A program made the translations under genes and the position numbers. DNA of 64,000 nt from Myxococcota bacterium (GTDB lineage: Bacteria > Myxococcota_A > UBA796 > CAJQPC01): NCBI GenBank assembly GCA_036229005.1, contig JAZAMN010000049.1, forward strand, positions 86,447-150,446, in the 5' to 3' direction. The stretch's first letter is position 1. Every line of letters begins with the position of its first letter. A model generated the notes under the pieces. That model was not told where the DNA came from. It did not search any database and saw nothing but the letters and a program-made list of their open reading frames with translations. Below, piece after piece: positions 27,206-39,198 of this stretch.

Positions 27206-28792
27206 TCAGTACAGCAGGAAGTCAGGGTCACGGAGGAGGACGGAGAGGAGGCCGGCCCAGGCGGCCACCGGATCCTGGTCCACCGCATACAGCGCTGACC
27301 ACAGCTCCAGGTTGGCGGCGACCTCGGGCCCATCCGAGGACACGCTGGCCCCGAAGATCCGGAAGTGCAGGGCCTGGATCTGCGCCGTCATGGCCTCCAG
27401 GTCACTCTCCGGGGTCGCGGAGGCGGAGACCGTGAACAGCCCCGGGCCCTCGCTGCCCTCGAAGTCCTGCTCGGCGGCGTACCAGGCAGCGGCCTCGGCC
27501 AGGCGCTCCTGCACCAGCACGATGGTCGCGTTGGGGGCCGACGCGGTCTCGGTCACGTTGGAGCCGTCCGCGCCGCCGGCCAGCAGGCGGTAGCCCACCC
27601 GGTCGCTGCGCATCAGGTCGTAGTCCTGGTAGGTCCAGGCGAAGCCGGTCAGGTCCTCGATCTGGCTAGCCAGCAGGTCCGGGGTGGCCATCTTGCGGCC
27701 CACCGCGCCCTCCTGGTCACCGGACTGGGCGTAGACCGGGTCCAGCACCACCGAGCGCATCAGGGAGCGCCAGGTCAGCCCGCCGGCCAGGAAGGCCTCG
27801 CGGTGGGCGGTCAGGCGGTCCGCGTCGGACTCCACGGCGTCCCGCCGCATTGTGGTCGTCCAGGCGGTCTCCACCGCACACTCCACAAAGCGCGGGTCGC
27901 CAGCGATCTGCTGGCCCAGGTCCGTCAGGTTGTAGCCGGGGCTGCCGTACCAGCTCGGCCCCACGCCGATGTAGTCCTTCCAGAGCAGCTCACGCTCGGC
28001 GTGGTACTCGGTGACCTCCAGGGGGTTGCCGGGGTCGTAGGTGAAGAAGCCGAACAGGTAGCTGGCGATGGGGTCCAGGCCGCTGTGGCAGTTCACGCAG
28101 CTCGGGTCGTTCTGGAGCGCGTCCGCGACCGCCCCCTCGTCCAGCAGGTTGATGTTGCGGTCGAAGTCGATGGGCCGGGTCAGGTAGTCATTGCACAGGA
28201 AGATCCGGCTGATGTTGTTGGCCCGCTTGCGGTTGGCGTTGGAGGTGGTGGTCGTGTAGCGCCACCACATCGCGTTGGTGCTCAGCACGCCCACGTGGGG
28301 CCGCCCGTCGTCGTAGTGGGCCTGCTGCCAGCCGGGCCCCGCGTAGTCCCCGATGGGCCAGATCGTGGCCAGCATCTCGTTGGACATGGTCCAGTCGGCG
28401 GTCACCACCTCGGTCCAGGGCAGGTCCTGCTCGACCACCTGGCCGACGATGCGCAGGGGCTCCTCGCCGATGCTGCGCTCGTACTCGGCGCGCTCGGCGT
28501 CCCCCATCCCGTAGGACTCGGGGCCGATGGCGAAGGCCTCGCTGCGGGTCAGGAAGATCTCCGCCCACACGTCCCGGCTGCGCTCGGCGAAGCGGGGGTC
28601 CACCAGGAAGGCGTCGACGGCCTCCTCGTAGGAGAGCGCCCCCGACTGGTACTCGGCCAGCTCCTGGGTGCTGGGGCGCACACCCCGCAGGTCCAGGCTG
28701 GCGCGGATCAGGCGCTGGGTGTCGCTGAGCTCCGGGCCGGTCTGCGCCGAGGTGACCTCGCCGGTGGAGCAGGCCAGCAGGAGCATCACCAT
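27206..28792 (-). CDS. DUF1549/DUF1585-like lipoprotein with a heme c motif
   Basis: MVMLLLAC; LIRASLDLRGVRPS; CVNCHSGLDP; RFVECAV; C-terminal LLRDPDFLLY; typical partner of DUF1501. Confidence 0.75.
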   Translation of the reverse strand: MVMLLLACSTGEVTSAQTGPELSDTQRLIRASLDLRGVRPSTQELAEYQSGALSYEEAVDAFLVDPRFAERSRDVWAEIFLTRSEAFAIGPESYGMGDAERAEYERSIGEEPLRIVGQVVEQDLPWTEVVTADWTMSNEMLATIWPIGDYAGPGWQQAHYDDGRPHVGVLSTNAMWWRYTTTTSNANRKRANNISRIFLCNDYLTRPIDFDRNINLLDEGAVADALQNDPSCVNCHSGLDPIASYLFGFFTYDPGNPLEVTEYHAERELLWKDYIGVGPSWYGSPGYNLTDLGQQIAGDPRFVECAVETAWTTTMRRDAVESDADRLTAHREAFLAGGLTWRSLMRSVVLDPVYAQSGDQEGAVGRKMATPDLLASQIEDLTGFAWTYQDYDLMRSDRVGYRLLAGGADGSNVTETASAPNATIVLVQERLAEAAAWYAAEQDFEGSEGPGLFTVSASATPESDLEAMTAQIQALHFRIFGASVSSDGPEVAANLELWSALYAVDQDPVAAWAGLLSVLLRDPDFLLY

Positions 28793-29742
28793 GGCGACAC
28801 CTCCCAGGCGGTGAGCACAGATGTGTCCACGCAAGCCTCGCCCGCTGCCTCCCCCTGGACATAGATGGTGCCGCAGCCATCGCAGAGGTCGGGGTCCATG
28901 GTCTCGCCCTCCTCGGTGGTGTTGTCGAACAGGATGTCGTACCAGACGCCCTCGGTGTCGCGGACGGAGAGCATCCCGGCGGGCTCCACGGGGCACGCGG
29001 TCAGGGGGCTGGTCATGACCGTGAAGCTGTCCAGGACGGCCGCGCTGACCTCTCCCACGAACCCGCCGACGCCGCCGTTGGCCTGCATCACCGTGCCGTA
29101 GTAGCCGGGGTAGATCTCGTTCTCGGGGATGCGGTAGCTGTAGAGCGTCAGGTCGGGGGTCAGCGCGCTCTCCAGCCAGGTCCCGGCCGCGCTGGGCCCG
29201 TCGTAGGCGAACGCTCCGGAGACCACGCTGCTGTAGATGGTGTGCGGGACCGCGTGGGCGCCGCTCTCCATGTCGGCGGTCGCGACGAGCGCCTGGGCGT
29301 TGCCTCCGCCGGAGAAGGTGTAGCCCTGGGAGGTGGTGACCTCGGCCACGGTGTAGACCGCGCCGCCGTTGTAGAGGTAGCCGTCGGCGGCCGTGTCCTC
29401 GTACAGGTAGCCGAAGCCGTAGCCGGAGAAGTAGCTGCCATCGTCGGCATAGCAGTAGTCGTACCAGTACACGTTGCCGTCGTTCTGGTAGTAGTCCGGG
29501 CAGTCCCCCTGCTGACCTGCCATCGCCAGGAAGTAGGCGTCCACGATGGGCGCGGCGTTGAGCTCCAGCAGGCTGGCGAGCACCTCGGTGGCGGCGAGCT
29601 CGACCTCCGCGGGGCTCAAGGCGGGCGCGACGGGCTCGTCCTGCTCGTAGATGTAGGGCGTGACGGTGGCCTCGGGGGCGGTGTCCAGGGTCTCACCGCC
29701 GCCGGTGCAGGCGCTCAAGCCCACCAAGAGGGTCCAGGTCAT
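28786..29742 (-). CDS. Hypothetical Tyr/Gly-rich lipoprotein
   Basis: MTWTLLVGLSAC lipobox; paired Cys (CP...YC, CDGCG...C); first gene of the DUF1501 operon. Confidence 0.7.
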   Translation of the reverse strand: MTWTLLVGLSACTGGGETLDTAPEATVTPYIYEQDEPVAPALSPAEVELAATEVLASLLELNAAPIVDAYFLAMAGQQGDCPDYYQNDGNVYWYDYCYADDGSYFSGYGFGYLYEDTAADGYLYNGGAVYTVAEVTTSQGYTFSGGGNAQALVATADMESGAHAVPHTIYSSVVSGAFAYDGPSAAGTWLESALTPDLTLYSYRIPENEIYPGYYGTVMQANGGVGGFVGEVSAAVLDSFTVMTSPLTACPVEPAGMLSVRDTEGVWYDILFDNTTEEGETMDPDLCDGCGTIYVQGEAAGEACVDTSVLTAWEVSPW

Positions 29743-29862
29743 GGGAACTCCAGGGTCAATCTGCGATCAGGGTGCCGCAGTCCGGGCGCGCCGCAAAGGC
29801 CACGCTCAGAGATTGGACCCCCCACAGCCCGCGGATCGAAAGCGCGGCCCGAGTTTTCTGGG

Positions 29863-30633
29863 CTACTCGCCCTTCTTGCGCCGGCCCATGCGCATCCGGC
29901 CCTCGCCGCCGCCCATCCCGAAGAGATCGTCCAGGCCCACGTCTCCCCGCGGGGCGCTGCGCTCCACCGGTTTCTTGGGGGGAGGAGGTGGCTGGGTGGC
30001 CTCCGGAGTGCTCGTCTCCACCACCGGGGCTGGCTGGGCCTTCTCCACCTTGCGGACCTTGGGTCCCGAAGTCGAGGTGCGGCGCATGCGGAAGCGCCCC
30101 TTGGGCTTTGGGGCCTTGGGGGGCAGGCCCAGGCGCGGCGGCTCACCCTCGGCGACCTCGGGCGGCGCAGTGGGCTGGGCTTGCGCAGGAGGCGGCTTGG
30201 TCCCCGGGCGACGCGGCACCCGGCTGGCGGGCACGTTGCTGGGCTTGGGCGGCGCCTGCTTGGGCCGCGGCTTGGGCTTGGGCTTGGCCTTGGGGATCCC
30301 CTTGGGGTTCCACTGGGGGCGCTCGCCGGCGGCGCTGGCCTTGCCCCCCGGGCGGCCCTTGGGCTTCCTGGGCTCCTTCACCCGGGCGTGGGGCGCGGGC
30401 TGGCGCTTCTTGTCCAGCTTGAGGCCCACCGACCCGATCTGCAGCGGACGCTCCTTGGCGTCGGGATCGTAGGGGTCCGCGAGGCCCATGCGGGCGAAGA
30501 GCTTGGAGCGGCGCTCGCTGCCCGGCCCCTGCTTGCGCCGCCTGCCGACGCGGTCCAGCATCCGCGAGCCGATGGGCTCCCGGGCACGCATGCCCCCGCG
30601 CAGCAGATCCTTGGCCTTGGTGTCGTCGGACAT
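29863..30633 (-). CDS. Hypothetical Pro/Lys/Arg-rich, likely disordered protein
   Basis: Lys-rich composition unlike shadow ORFs; C-terminal GLDDLFGMGGGEGRMRM; fills the gap between genes; TAAGCT box 6 nt upstream of the ATG. Confidence 0.65.
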   Translation of the reverse strand: MSDDTKAKDLLRGGMRAREPIGSRMLDRVGRRRKQGPGSERRSKLFARMGLADPYDPDAKERPLQIGSVGLKLDKKRQPAPHARVKEPRKPKGRPGGKASAAGERPQWNPKGIPKAKPKPKPRPKQAPPKPSNVPASRVPRRPGTKPPPAQAQPTAPPEVAEGEPPRLGLPPKAPKPKGRFRMRRTSTSGPKVRKVEKAQPAPVVETSTPEATQPPPPPKKPVERSAPRGDVGLDDLFGMGGGEGRMRMGRRKKGE

Positions 30634-30654
30634 GCCGTCAGCTTAGCAGGCGGA

Positions 30655-31260
30655 TCAGCGAGACCGGCGCAGAGTCACCTGCCGCCGCATCTGGGACACC
30701 GTGGTCTCCAGGCCCATGTCCGCGGCGTACTTGTGGACGCGCTCCGGCAGCCACCACGCCGTCTCCACCTGCACCTGGTAGACCACCAGGGTCTTGGTGG
30801 GGTCCGCCGGCCAGGGCTCCACCCGCCACCAGCCGCGGCTGGCCGCCAGCGGGGAGTAGCCGGTGGGGCGCATCTCCCAGACCATGTAGTCCTGCTCGTC
30901 GTAGAGCAGGCAGTCGATGCGGTAGCGGGTGACCACGCCCTTGGTGGTCAGCTCCATGCCCCAGCGCAGCGCGTTGCTGGGGGAGCCCGGGGCGGGGTCG
31001 TCCGTCCAGCTCTGGGTCACGTAGGGCAGGAAGCGCACGTAGCTGTCGAAGTCCAGGACCACGTCCCAGAACTCCTGCGGCGTGCCGTCCACCAGGGCGG
31101 CCGAGGACCCGGTGCTGCCCCGCTCTTCGTGGGCCTGCCGGACGATGACCTCTCCCGACTCGAGCGCGGAGATCTCCGCGGCGCTCAGATCCAGCGCCGG
31201 GGGGGGCTCGTTCCAGGACTGGGCCTGGGCAGCGCCAGCGAGCAGAGAGAGGAACTTCAA
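30655..31260 (-). CDS. SRPBCC/START-domain protein with a signal peptide
   Basis: TTG start overlapping the M16 stop; MKFLSLLAGAAQA; WDVVLDFDSYVRFLPYV; GWWRVEP...TLVVY. Confidence 0.75.
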   Translation of the reverse strand: MKFLSLLAGAAQAQSWNEPPPALDLSAAEISALESGEVIVRQAHEERGSTGSSAALVDGTPQEFWDVVLDFDSYVRFLPYVTQSWTDDPAPGSPSNALRWGMELTTKGVVTRYRIDCLLYDEQDYMVWEMRPTGYSPLAASRGWWRVEPWPADPTKTLVVYQVQVETAWWLPERVHKYAADMGLETTVSQMRRQVTLRRSR

Positions 31261-33734
31261 CGCAGGCCTCCAGCGAAGACCACCGCCTGGGGGCCCTCCA
31301 GGATCTCCCCTATCGTGTCCCGCACCTGCGCCACAGTGCAGGCCCGGATCGCCGCCTCGTCCTGCTCCCAGACGGTCGCGGGGTCCTTCCCGTAGAGCGC
31401 GCCCAGGCACAGGTCCAGGGCCCGCGACGCCGAGCGCTGCCGCCCCATGGCCCGGCCCCCCAGCATGCCGCGGCGGGCCTTCTCCAGCTCTTCGGCGGTG
31501 GGCCCGTCCTGGGCAAAGCTGCGCAACACTTCCTCCAGCCCGACGCGGGCCTTGTCGGCCAGCTCCGGCGCGACGGCGATGTGCGCAGTGAACACCCCGA
31601 GCTCCAGCCCTTGTTCCGTGGAGGCCGACACCGAGTAGGCCCACCCCCGCTTCTCGCGGAGCTCCATGAACAGCCGCCCGCCCTGCCCGTTCAGGCAGGT
31701 CACCGCCAGCGCCAGGGCCGGCCCCTTGGGGTCGCCGTGACAGAGGCCGGGCCAGCCGAGCAGCACGTGGGCCTGCTCCCGCTTGATGGGGATACGGCGC
31801 TCGCCGGCCTGGGCCAGCGGCTTCACCGACTCCATGGGGGCGCCGGCGCCGCTCATGCGGCCGAACAGGGCCTCTACGCGCTCCAGGGTGCGCTCCGGGT
31901 CCACCGCGCCGGACAGGGCCAGGACCATGCCCTCGGGGGCGATGCGCTGCCGGTGCAAGCGCTTGAGGCTGCTCACGCCCATCCGGGCCAGACTCGCCGG
32001 CTTTCCCCCCCGCGGCATGGCGTTGGGGTGCGGGCCCAGGAGCTGCTCGCGCAGGGCGCGCTCCGCCAGGGTCCCCGGGTCGTCCTGGCTCACGAACCAG
32101 TCATGGCGCAGCTCGGCCCGGCCCCGCTTGACCTCGTCCGCCGGGAAGTGCGGGCGCGTGAGCATGCCGCTGGCGATCTCCAGGCCCAGGTCCATGCGCT
32201 CGCCGGGCAGCTCCCAGCGCAGGCCCATGGACTGCCGGCCGCCAAAGCCCGCGAGCACGCCGCCCGCCAGATCCAGGCGCTCCGCGAGCTCCCGCGGCCC
32301 GAGCCCAGGTGCGCCCACACAGCTCGCCCAGAGCTGCGAGATGCCGGCGGTCCCCGGCGTCTCCGCGAGCTGCCCCCCCAAGACGGCCAGGCGCGCGGCC
32401 ACGAGTGGCACCGGGCGCGGCTCCAGCACCACCCGCAGTCCGTTGGAGAGGGTGAACTGCTCGATCGCCGGGCGCGCCTTCCGGGCCGGAGGCGCGGGCA
32501 CCTGCAGGGCCGCCCGCAGCTTGGGCTCCGGCAGCTCCTTGGGGCTGAGCACCCCCAGCACCGCCTGGTCCAGATCCAGGTAGCGCGCCGCCTTGCGCAG
32601 GCTGTCCAGGTCCACCGCCTGCACCTGGGCCCGGTAGAGCTCCGCGGCCCCCGGGTCCCCACGCAGCGCCGCGTACCAGACCATGTCGTGGGCCCGGCCG
32701 TCGACCGTCTCCTGCAGGAAGACCTTCTCGGACAGGATCTGCGCCTGGGCCCGGTGCAACCCCGCCAGGCCCAGCAGCTCGGGCAGCTCCGCCAGCGCCT
32801 GGCCCAGCGCCTGCAGACAGGCCAGCTCCTGGCCCTCCAGCGGCGCGCAGCCCACGGTCAGCATGCCCGGGTCCCGCTCGGTCTCCGACCACGCCCAGGT
32901 CTCCGTCGCCAGCCCGGTGAGCTGCAGGCGCTCCCCCAGGATGCTCGCCGGACTCCCGGCCAGGAGCAGCATCAGACAGTCCAGCGCAGCCGACTCGGTG
33001 TCCTCGACGGAGACCCCGCGGAACGAGAGCTCCAGCAGGGGCTCCTCGAAGCGGCCGGGGATCTGCAGCACCCGCAGCCCCTGCTGCCGGGGTTCGGTGG
33101 GACGCGGTGGGCGCTCCCGCTTGGGGGCGGACGGCACCAGCTCCTCGACCTTCTTCACGACCGCTTCCGGGGCCATGGGACCGGAGACCCCCACCACGAG
33201 CTGGTCGGCCCGGTAGTGCTCCCGGTGGAACGCCATCAGCGCCTCCCGGGTCATGCCGCGCACGCTCTCGCTGCTGCCGATCACCGGGCGGCCGTAGGGG
33301 TGGACGTGGAAGAGGGTGCGGGCGACCTCCTCGGCCAGGGTGCCCATGGGGTCGTCCTGACCGCCGCGGATCTCCTCCAGGATCACCTCGCGCTCGCGCT
33401 CCAGCTCCGTGGGGTCGAAGCGGGGGTTCAGTGCCATGTCGACCAGGATCTCCAGGGTCTGCTCCCAGTGCTCGGCGGGGACCGTCGCGTGCAGCACCGT
33501 GCGCTCGTAGGAGGTGTAGGCGTTGATCTCCCCGCCCATGCCCTCCACGAAGCCCGCGAGCTCCTCCAGGGAGCGCCGCTCGGTGCCCTTGAAGAGCATG
33601 TGCTCCACAAAGTGCGCGGCCCCGTGCTGATCGGGCCCCTCTTCGACCGAGCCGGCGTCGATCCACAGGTAGACCGCCGCCACCGGCGCGCCCTCGAAGT
33701 GATCCACCAGCACCCGGGGAGACTGACGCGTCAT
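31257..33734 (-). CDS. M16 (pitrilysin/insulinase) zinc peptidase, fused double unit
   Basis: AGSVEE..GAAHFVEHMLFKGT (HXXEH), INAYTS, EREVILEE, HPYGRPVIG; second half LSNGLRV and RLFMELREKRGWAYSV. Confidence 0.93.
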   Translation of the reverse strand: MTRQSPRVLVDHFEGAPVAAVYLWIDAGSVEEGPDQHGAAHFVEHMLFKGTERRSLEELAGFVEGMGGEINAYTSYERTVLHATVPAEHWEQTLEILVDMALNPRFDPTELEREREVILEEIRGGQDDPMGTLAEEVARTLFHVHPYGRPVIGSSESVRGMTREALMAFHREHYRADQLVVGVSGPMAPEAVVKKVEELVPSAPKRERPPRPTEPRQQGLRVLQIPGRFEEPLLELSFRGVSVEDTESAALDCLMLLLAGSPASILGERLQLTGLATETWAWSETERDPGMLTVGCAPLEGQELACLQALGQALAELPELLGLAGLHRAQAQILSEKVFLQETVDGRAHDMVWYAALRGDPGAAELYRAQVQAVDLDSLRKAARYLDLDQAVLGVLSPKELPEPKLRAALQVPAPPARKARPAIEQFTLSNGLRVVLEPRPVPLVAARLAVLGGQLAETPGTAGISQLWASCVGAPGLGPRELAERLDLAGGVLAGFGGRQSMGLRWELPGERMDLGLEIASGMLTRPHFPADEVKRGRAELRHDWFVSQDDPGTLAERALREQLLGPHPNAMPRGGKPASLARMGVSSLKRLHRQRIAPEGMVLALSGAVDPERTLERVEALFGRMSGAGAPMESVKPLAQAGERRIPIKREQAHVLLGWPGLCHGDPKGPALALAVTCLNGQGGRLFMELREKRGWAYSVSASTEQGLELGVFTAHIAVAPELADKARVGLEEVLRSFAQDGPTAEELEKARRGMLGGRAMGRQRSASRALDLCLGALYGKDPATVWEQDEAAIRACTVAQVRDTIGEILEGPQAVVFAGGLR

Positions 33735-33777
33735 CGACGCTCCTTCAACATGCAAGACCCCCGGCTATAACCGCTCC

Positions 33778-34899
33778 ATGACCAGCCGAAAGCCCACCCA
33801 GGGCGCCTACGTGCACCTGCCCTGGTGCCGGCACCGCTGCCACTACTGCTCCTTCAACGTCCACGTGGACCGCGCCCCCCCGCAGGTGGCCTACACCCAG
33901 GCGCTCCTGTCCCAGTGGGGGGCCATGCAGCCGCTCTTTGGGGAGGTGGACAGCCTGTACTTTGGTGGAGGGACCCCCAGCCTGCACCCCCCGGATCAGC
34001 TCGCCCGGGTCATCTCTGCACTCTCGCCCCAAAGCGAGGTCACCCTGGAGGCCAACCCCAGCAGCACCTCGCTGGCGTCCATCGGCGCGTGGCAGAGCGC
34101 GGGCATCACGCGATTGTCACTGGGTGTGCAGACCTTTGACGAGCACCACACACGCTTCCTCCACCGGGCCCACAGCGCAGCCGAGGCCATCACCCTGCTG
34201 GAGACGGTAGCCGCCGCCGGATTCCGCAGCTTCTCGGCCGATCTCATCTTCGCCCTCCCCGGGCAGACCCTGGCCCAGCTCGACCGCGATCTGGACCGCC
34301 TGCTGAGCGTGGAGGTGCCGCACGTGAGCCTCTACGGCTTGACGGCTCACCCCGGGACCTGGCTGGGGCGCGCCGTGGACTCGGGTCGGGTCGCGCTCCC
34401 CGACGAGGACACCTGGGAGGCCATGTACCTGCACATCGTGGCCCGCCTCCAGGACGCCGGGCTGGAGCGCTACGAGGTCTCCAACTTCGCCCGGCCGGGG
34501 CACCGCAGCCAGCACAACGAGGCCACCTGGCGCGGGCTCCCCTACGTGGGCCTGGGCGCGGGGGCCCACGGCTTCACCCCCCAAGGCGTACGCACCCTCG
34601 GGACCGCCGATCCCGCCGCATTCATCGCCGACCCGCTGAGCTGGGAGGAGGAGTCGGCCGCCCCCGAACAGCTCGCCCTGGACCTGCTCCTGAGCACGCT
34701 CCGCCACGTGGACGGCGTGCCCCTGGATCGCCTGCGCGCCACCGGGTTCACCCTGGACGTGAACGCGATTCGCCCCCACCTGGACCGGGGCACCCTCCGG
34801 CTGGAGGATGGGCACCTCCGGCTGGGCCCTGGAGGCTGGACCCTGGCCGATGGACTCACTCTGGCAGCGGCTTCGGCGCTCCACGCCGCGGTGACTTGA
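33778..34899 (+). CDS. hemW: Radical SAM heme chaperone HemW (HemN-like)
   Basis: YVHLPWCRHRCHYCSF (CxxxCxxC), YFGGGTPS, EANP, RLSLGVQ, YEVSNFA, HN..TW. Confidence 0.9.
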   Translation: MTSRKPTQGAYVHLPWCRHRCHYCSFNVHVDRAPPQVAYTQALLSQWGAMQPLFGEVDSLYFGGGTPSLHPPDQLARVISALSPQSEVTLEANPSSTSLASIGAWQSAGITRLSLGVQTFDEHHTRFLHRAHSAAEAITLLETVAAAGFRSFSADLIFALPGQTLAQLDRDLDRLLSVEVPHVSLYGLTAHPGTWLGRAVDSGRVALPDEDTWEAMYLHIVARLQDAGLERYEVSNFARPGHRSQHNEATWRGLPYVGLGAGAHGFTPQGVRTLGTADPAAFIADPLSWEEESAAPEQLALDLLLSTLRHVDGVPLDRLRATGFTLDVNAIRPHLDRGTLRLEDGHLRLGPGGWTLADGLTLAAASALHAAVT

Positions 34900-34924
34900 C
34901 CACCGCTTTCAAAACTCCGACAAT
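34896..34924 (+). promoter_or_regulatory. Sigma70-like promoter upstream of grpE-dnaK-dnaJ
   Basis: TTGACC-N17-GACAAT, 21 nt before the grpE GTG. Confidence 0.5.
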
Positions 34925-34945
34925 CTCCCCCCACTCAGGTGCGCC

Positions 34946-36073
34946 GTGTCAGGTCCGAAATCGAGCGAGGGCGAGTTCAGCCTCCAGATGGACGACGACC
35001 TCCTCAAGGAGGCGGTCGCCGCAGTCGACAAGCGCTTCGGCGGCGCGAAGCGCTCCAAGGTCGTGACCCTGGACGAGGAGGTCGGGACCGAGGAGATCAT
35101 GGCCGAGATCGCGGCCACCTTCTCCGAGGCCGAGCAGTCCCTGAGCCGTCCAGCGACCGGTCCCCTCCCCCCCGTGGAGATGGCCGAGGACGAGCTCTCC
35201 GTGGAGCTGGACGAGGAGGGCCTGGACCTCTCCGTGGAGATCGACGCCTCCGCCCTGGAGGGCGCCAACGACTCCGTCACCCTGGAGGCCGAGGCGCTCC
35301 CCAGTGACACCGGCGACCTGGAGCGCCTTCTGGAGGCCGGCGAGGGCAGCCGGTCGGAGCTGGAGGCCGAGCTGGCCACCCTCCGCGACCAGGTCTCCCT
35401 CCAGCAGCAGCAGCTCGTGACCCTGAACGAGCAGCTCGTCGAGGTGCAGGCCGAGGCGGACAAGCACAAACTCCGCGCCCGCAAGCTCTCCGTGCTCCGG
35501 CGCCGTCAACAGGACGCCTACGACGCCATGTCCCTGCGCCTGGAGGACCAGCGGGTCCAGCTCCAGGAGTGGGAGGGCCTGCTCAGCGAGGGCCGGGCCG
35601 AGCTCGCCCGCATGGAGACGGAGCGGGAGCGGCTCAAGAACCGGCACCACAAGGAGCTGGCCGAGCGCACCCAGTACGGCCAGGACAAGCTCTTCCGGGA
35701 GCTGCTGCCGGTGCTGGACAACCTGGACCTGACCCTCCAGCACGCGGACACCACCCCGCCCGAGAAGATGGTCGAGGGCGTCGAGATGGTGCTCCGGCAC
35801 TTCCAGTCCACCCTGGACCGCATGGGCCTGACGCGGGTCGGCGCCGAGGGCGAGCGCTTCGATCCCACCCGGCACGAGGCCATCCGTTACACCGCGGATG
35901 CGGCCAGCGCCGGCACCATCATCGAGCTGCATCAGGCAGGCTACATGCTGCATGACCGCCTGGTCAGGGCTGCGCGGGTGACCGTCAGCAGCGGACCGGA
36001 GGCCCTGGAGGCCCCCGTCCCAGCCGAAAATGAGGTAGAACAGCAGTCGGCTTCCGCTGGAAGCGAAGAGTAA
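34946..36073 (+). CDS. grpE: GrpE nucleotide exchange factor with a long acidic/coiled-coil N-terminal extension
   Basis: C-terminal [41 protein letters not shown]; directly upstream of dnaK. Confidence 0.9.
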   Translation: MSGPKSSEGEFSLQMDDDLLKEAVAAVDKRFGGAKRSKVVTLDEEVGTEEIMAEIAATFSEAEQSLSRPATGPLPPVEMAEDELSVELDEEGLDLSVEIDASALEGANDSVTLEAEALPSDTGDLERLLEAGEGSRSELEAELATLRDQVSLQQQQLVTLNEQLVEVQAEADKHKLRARKLSVLRRRQQDAYDAMSLRLEDQRVQLQEWEGLLSEGRAELARMETERERLKNRHHKELAERTQYGQDKLFRELLPVLDNLDLTLQHADTTPPEKMVEGVEMVLRHFQSTLDRMGLTRVGAEGERFDPTRHEAIRYTADAASAGTIIELHQAGYMLHDRLVRAARVTVSSGPEALEAPVPAENEVEQQSASAGSEE

Positions 36074-36102
36074 GCCCACCGGGCCGCAGGAGCAGCACAC
36101 AC

Positions 36103-38016
<1,914 letters not shown>

Positions 38017-38066
38017 GGCACCCTGCCGGCGAAATGGCCCGGTGCCATCGCGTGTATTAGGGGTGC

Positions 38067-39194
38067 ATGCCCCAGGAGCGACGATTGGCGCGCCTTGACT
38101 ACTACAACGTGCTGGGCGTCAAGCGCAGCGCAAGCCAGGACGACATCAAGCGCGCCTTCCGTGCGCTCGCCCTCAAGTACCACCCGGACCGCAACCCGGA
38201 GGACGTCGAGGCCGAGCAGCGCTTTCGGGAGATCGCGGAGGCCTGGGAGGTCCTGGGGGATCCCGAGAAGCGGTCCATGTACGACCGGCTGGGCCCCTTC
38301 TACAAGCCCGATGGCAAGCCCCCCAGCCCCGACGAGCTCAAGGAGTTCGTCTCCGACACGATCGGCAGCCTGCTGGGCCGCAACCCCCGGAACATGCCCG
38401 GCGAGGACATCAAGATCAGCGTCCGGGTGACCCTGCCCGAGGTCGCCTCCGGCACCGAGAAGGTGGTCGAGGTCGCCCGTCAGGTGCGCTGCGGTCGCTG
38501 TGACGGCTCCGGCGCCGCCGCGGACGGCGGCAAGAAGACCTGCGAGGCCTGTCAGGGCAGCGGCAAGGGCCAGGGCCGCTTCCTCAAGGGGCGCTGCACG
38601 CGCTGCAACGGCCAGGGCTACGTGGTCGTCAAGAAGTGCGGGACCTGCGACGGCGAGGGCCGCCACGGCAGCAGCGACCGCCTCAAGGTCAAGGTGCCCA
38701 AGGGCGTGGCCACCGGCCAGAAGCTCAAGCTGCGCGGCAAGGGCAACGACGGCCTGGGCGACGGCGTCCCCGGCGACCTGCTCGTGCTGGTCAATGTGGA
38801 CGACCACCCCCTCTTCCGCCGCCGCGGCGAGGACCTGATCTGCGCGCTCCCCCTGAGCTACGACCAGGCGGTCCTGGGCTGCACGGTGGACGTCCCCACG
38901 CTGGACGGGCGCACCAAGATCCAGGTCCCCCCAGGCACCGCCCCCGGCAAGACCCTGCGCGTCTCGGGCCGAGGCCTCCCCGCCGCCAAGGGGCGCCGCG
39001 TGGGCGATCTGCACCTCAAGGTGGGGCTGGAGCTGCCCCAGGACCTGGACGCCGCCCAGACCGCCGCCCTCAAGGCCTTCGCCGACACCCTCCGCCCCGG
39101 CCAGCACCCCGAGCGCGCGCACTTCGAGCTGCGCGTGCTGGAGCACGCCTCCACGCTGGAAGCCGCCCCCTCTTCGCCTCCCGACCCCACCTGA
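38067..39194 (+). CDS. dnaJ: Chaperone DnaJ
   Basis: [15 protein letters not shown] (HPD), four CxxCxGxG repeats and a C-terminal substrate domain; G/F-rich region not evident. Confidence 0.93.
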   Translation: MPQERRLARLDYYNVLGVKRSASQDDIKRAFRALALKYHPDRNPEDVEAEQRFREIAEAWEVLGDPEKRSMYDRLGPFYKPDGKPPSPDELKEFVSDTIGSLLGRNPRNMPGEDIKISVRVTLPEVASGTEKVVEVARQVRCGRCDGSGAAADGGKKTCEACQGSGKGQGRFLKGRCTRCNGQGYVVVKKCGTCDGEGRHGSSDRLKVKVPKGVATGQKLKLRGKGNDGLGDGVPGDLLVLVNVDDHPLFRRRGEDLICALPLSYDQAVLGCTVDVPTLDGRTKIQVPPGTAPGKTLRVSGRGLPAAKGRRVGDLHLKVGLELPQDLDAAQTAALKAFADTLRPGQHPERAHFELRVLEHASTLEAAPSSPPDPT

Positions 39195-39198
39195 CGCC

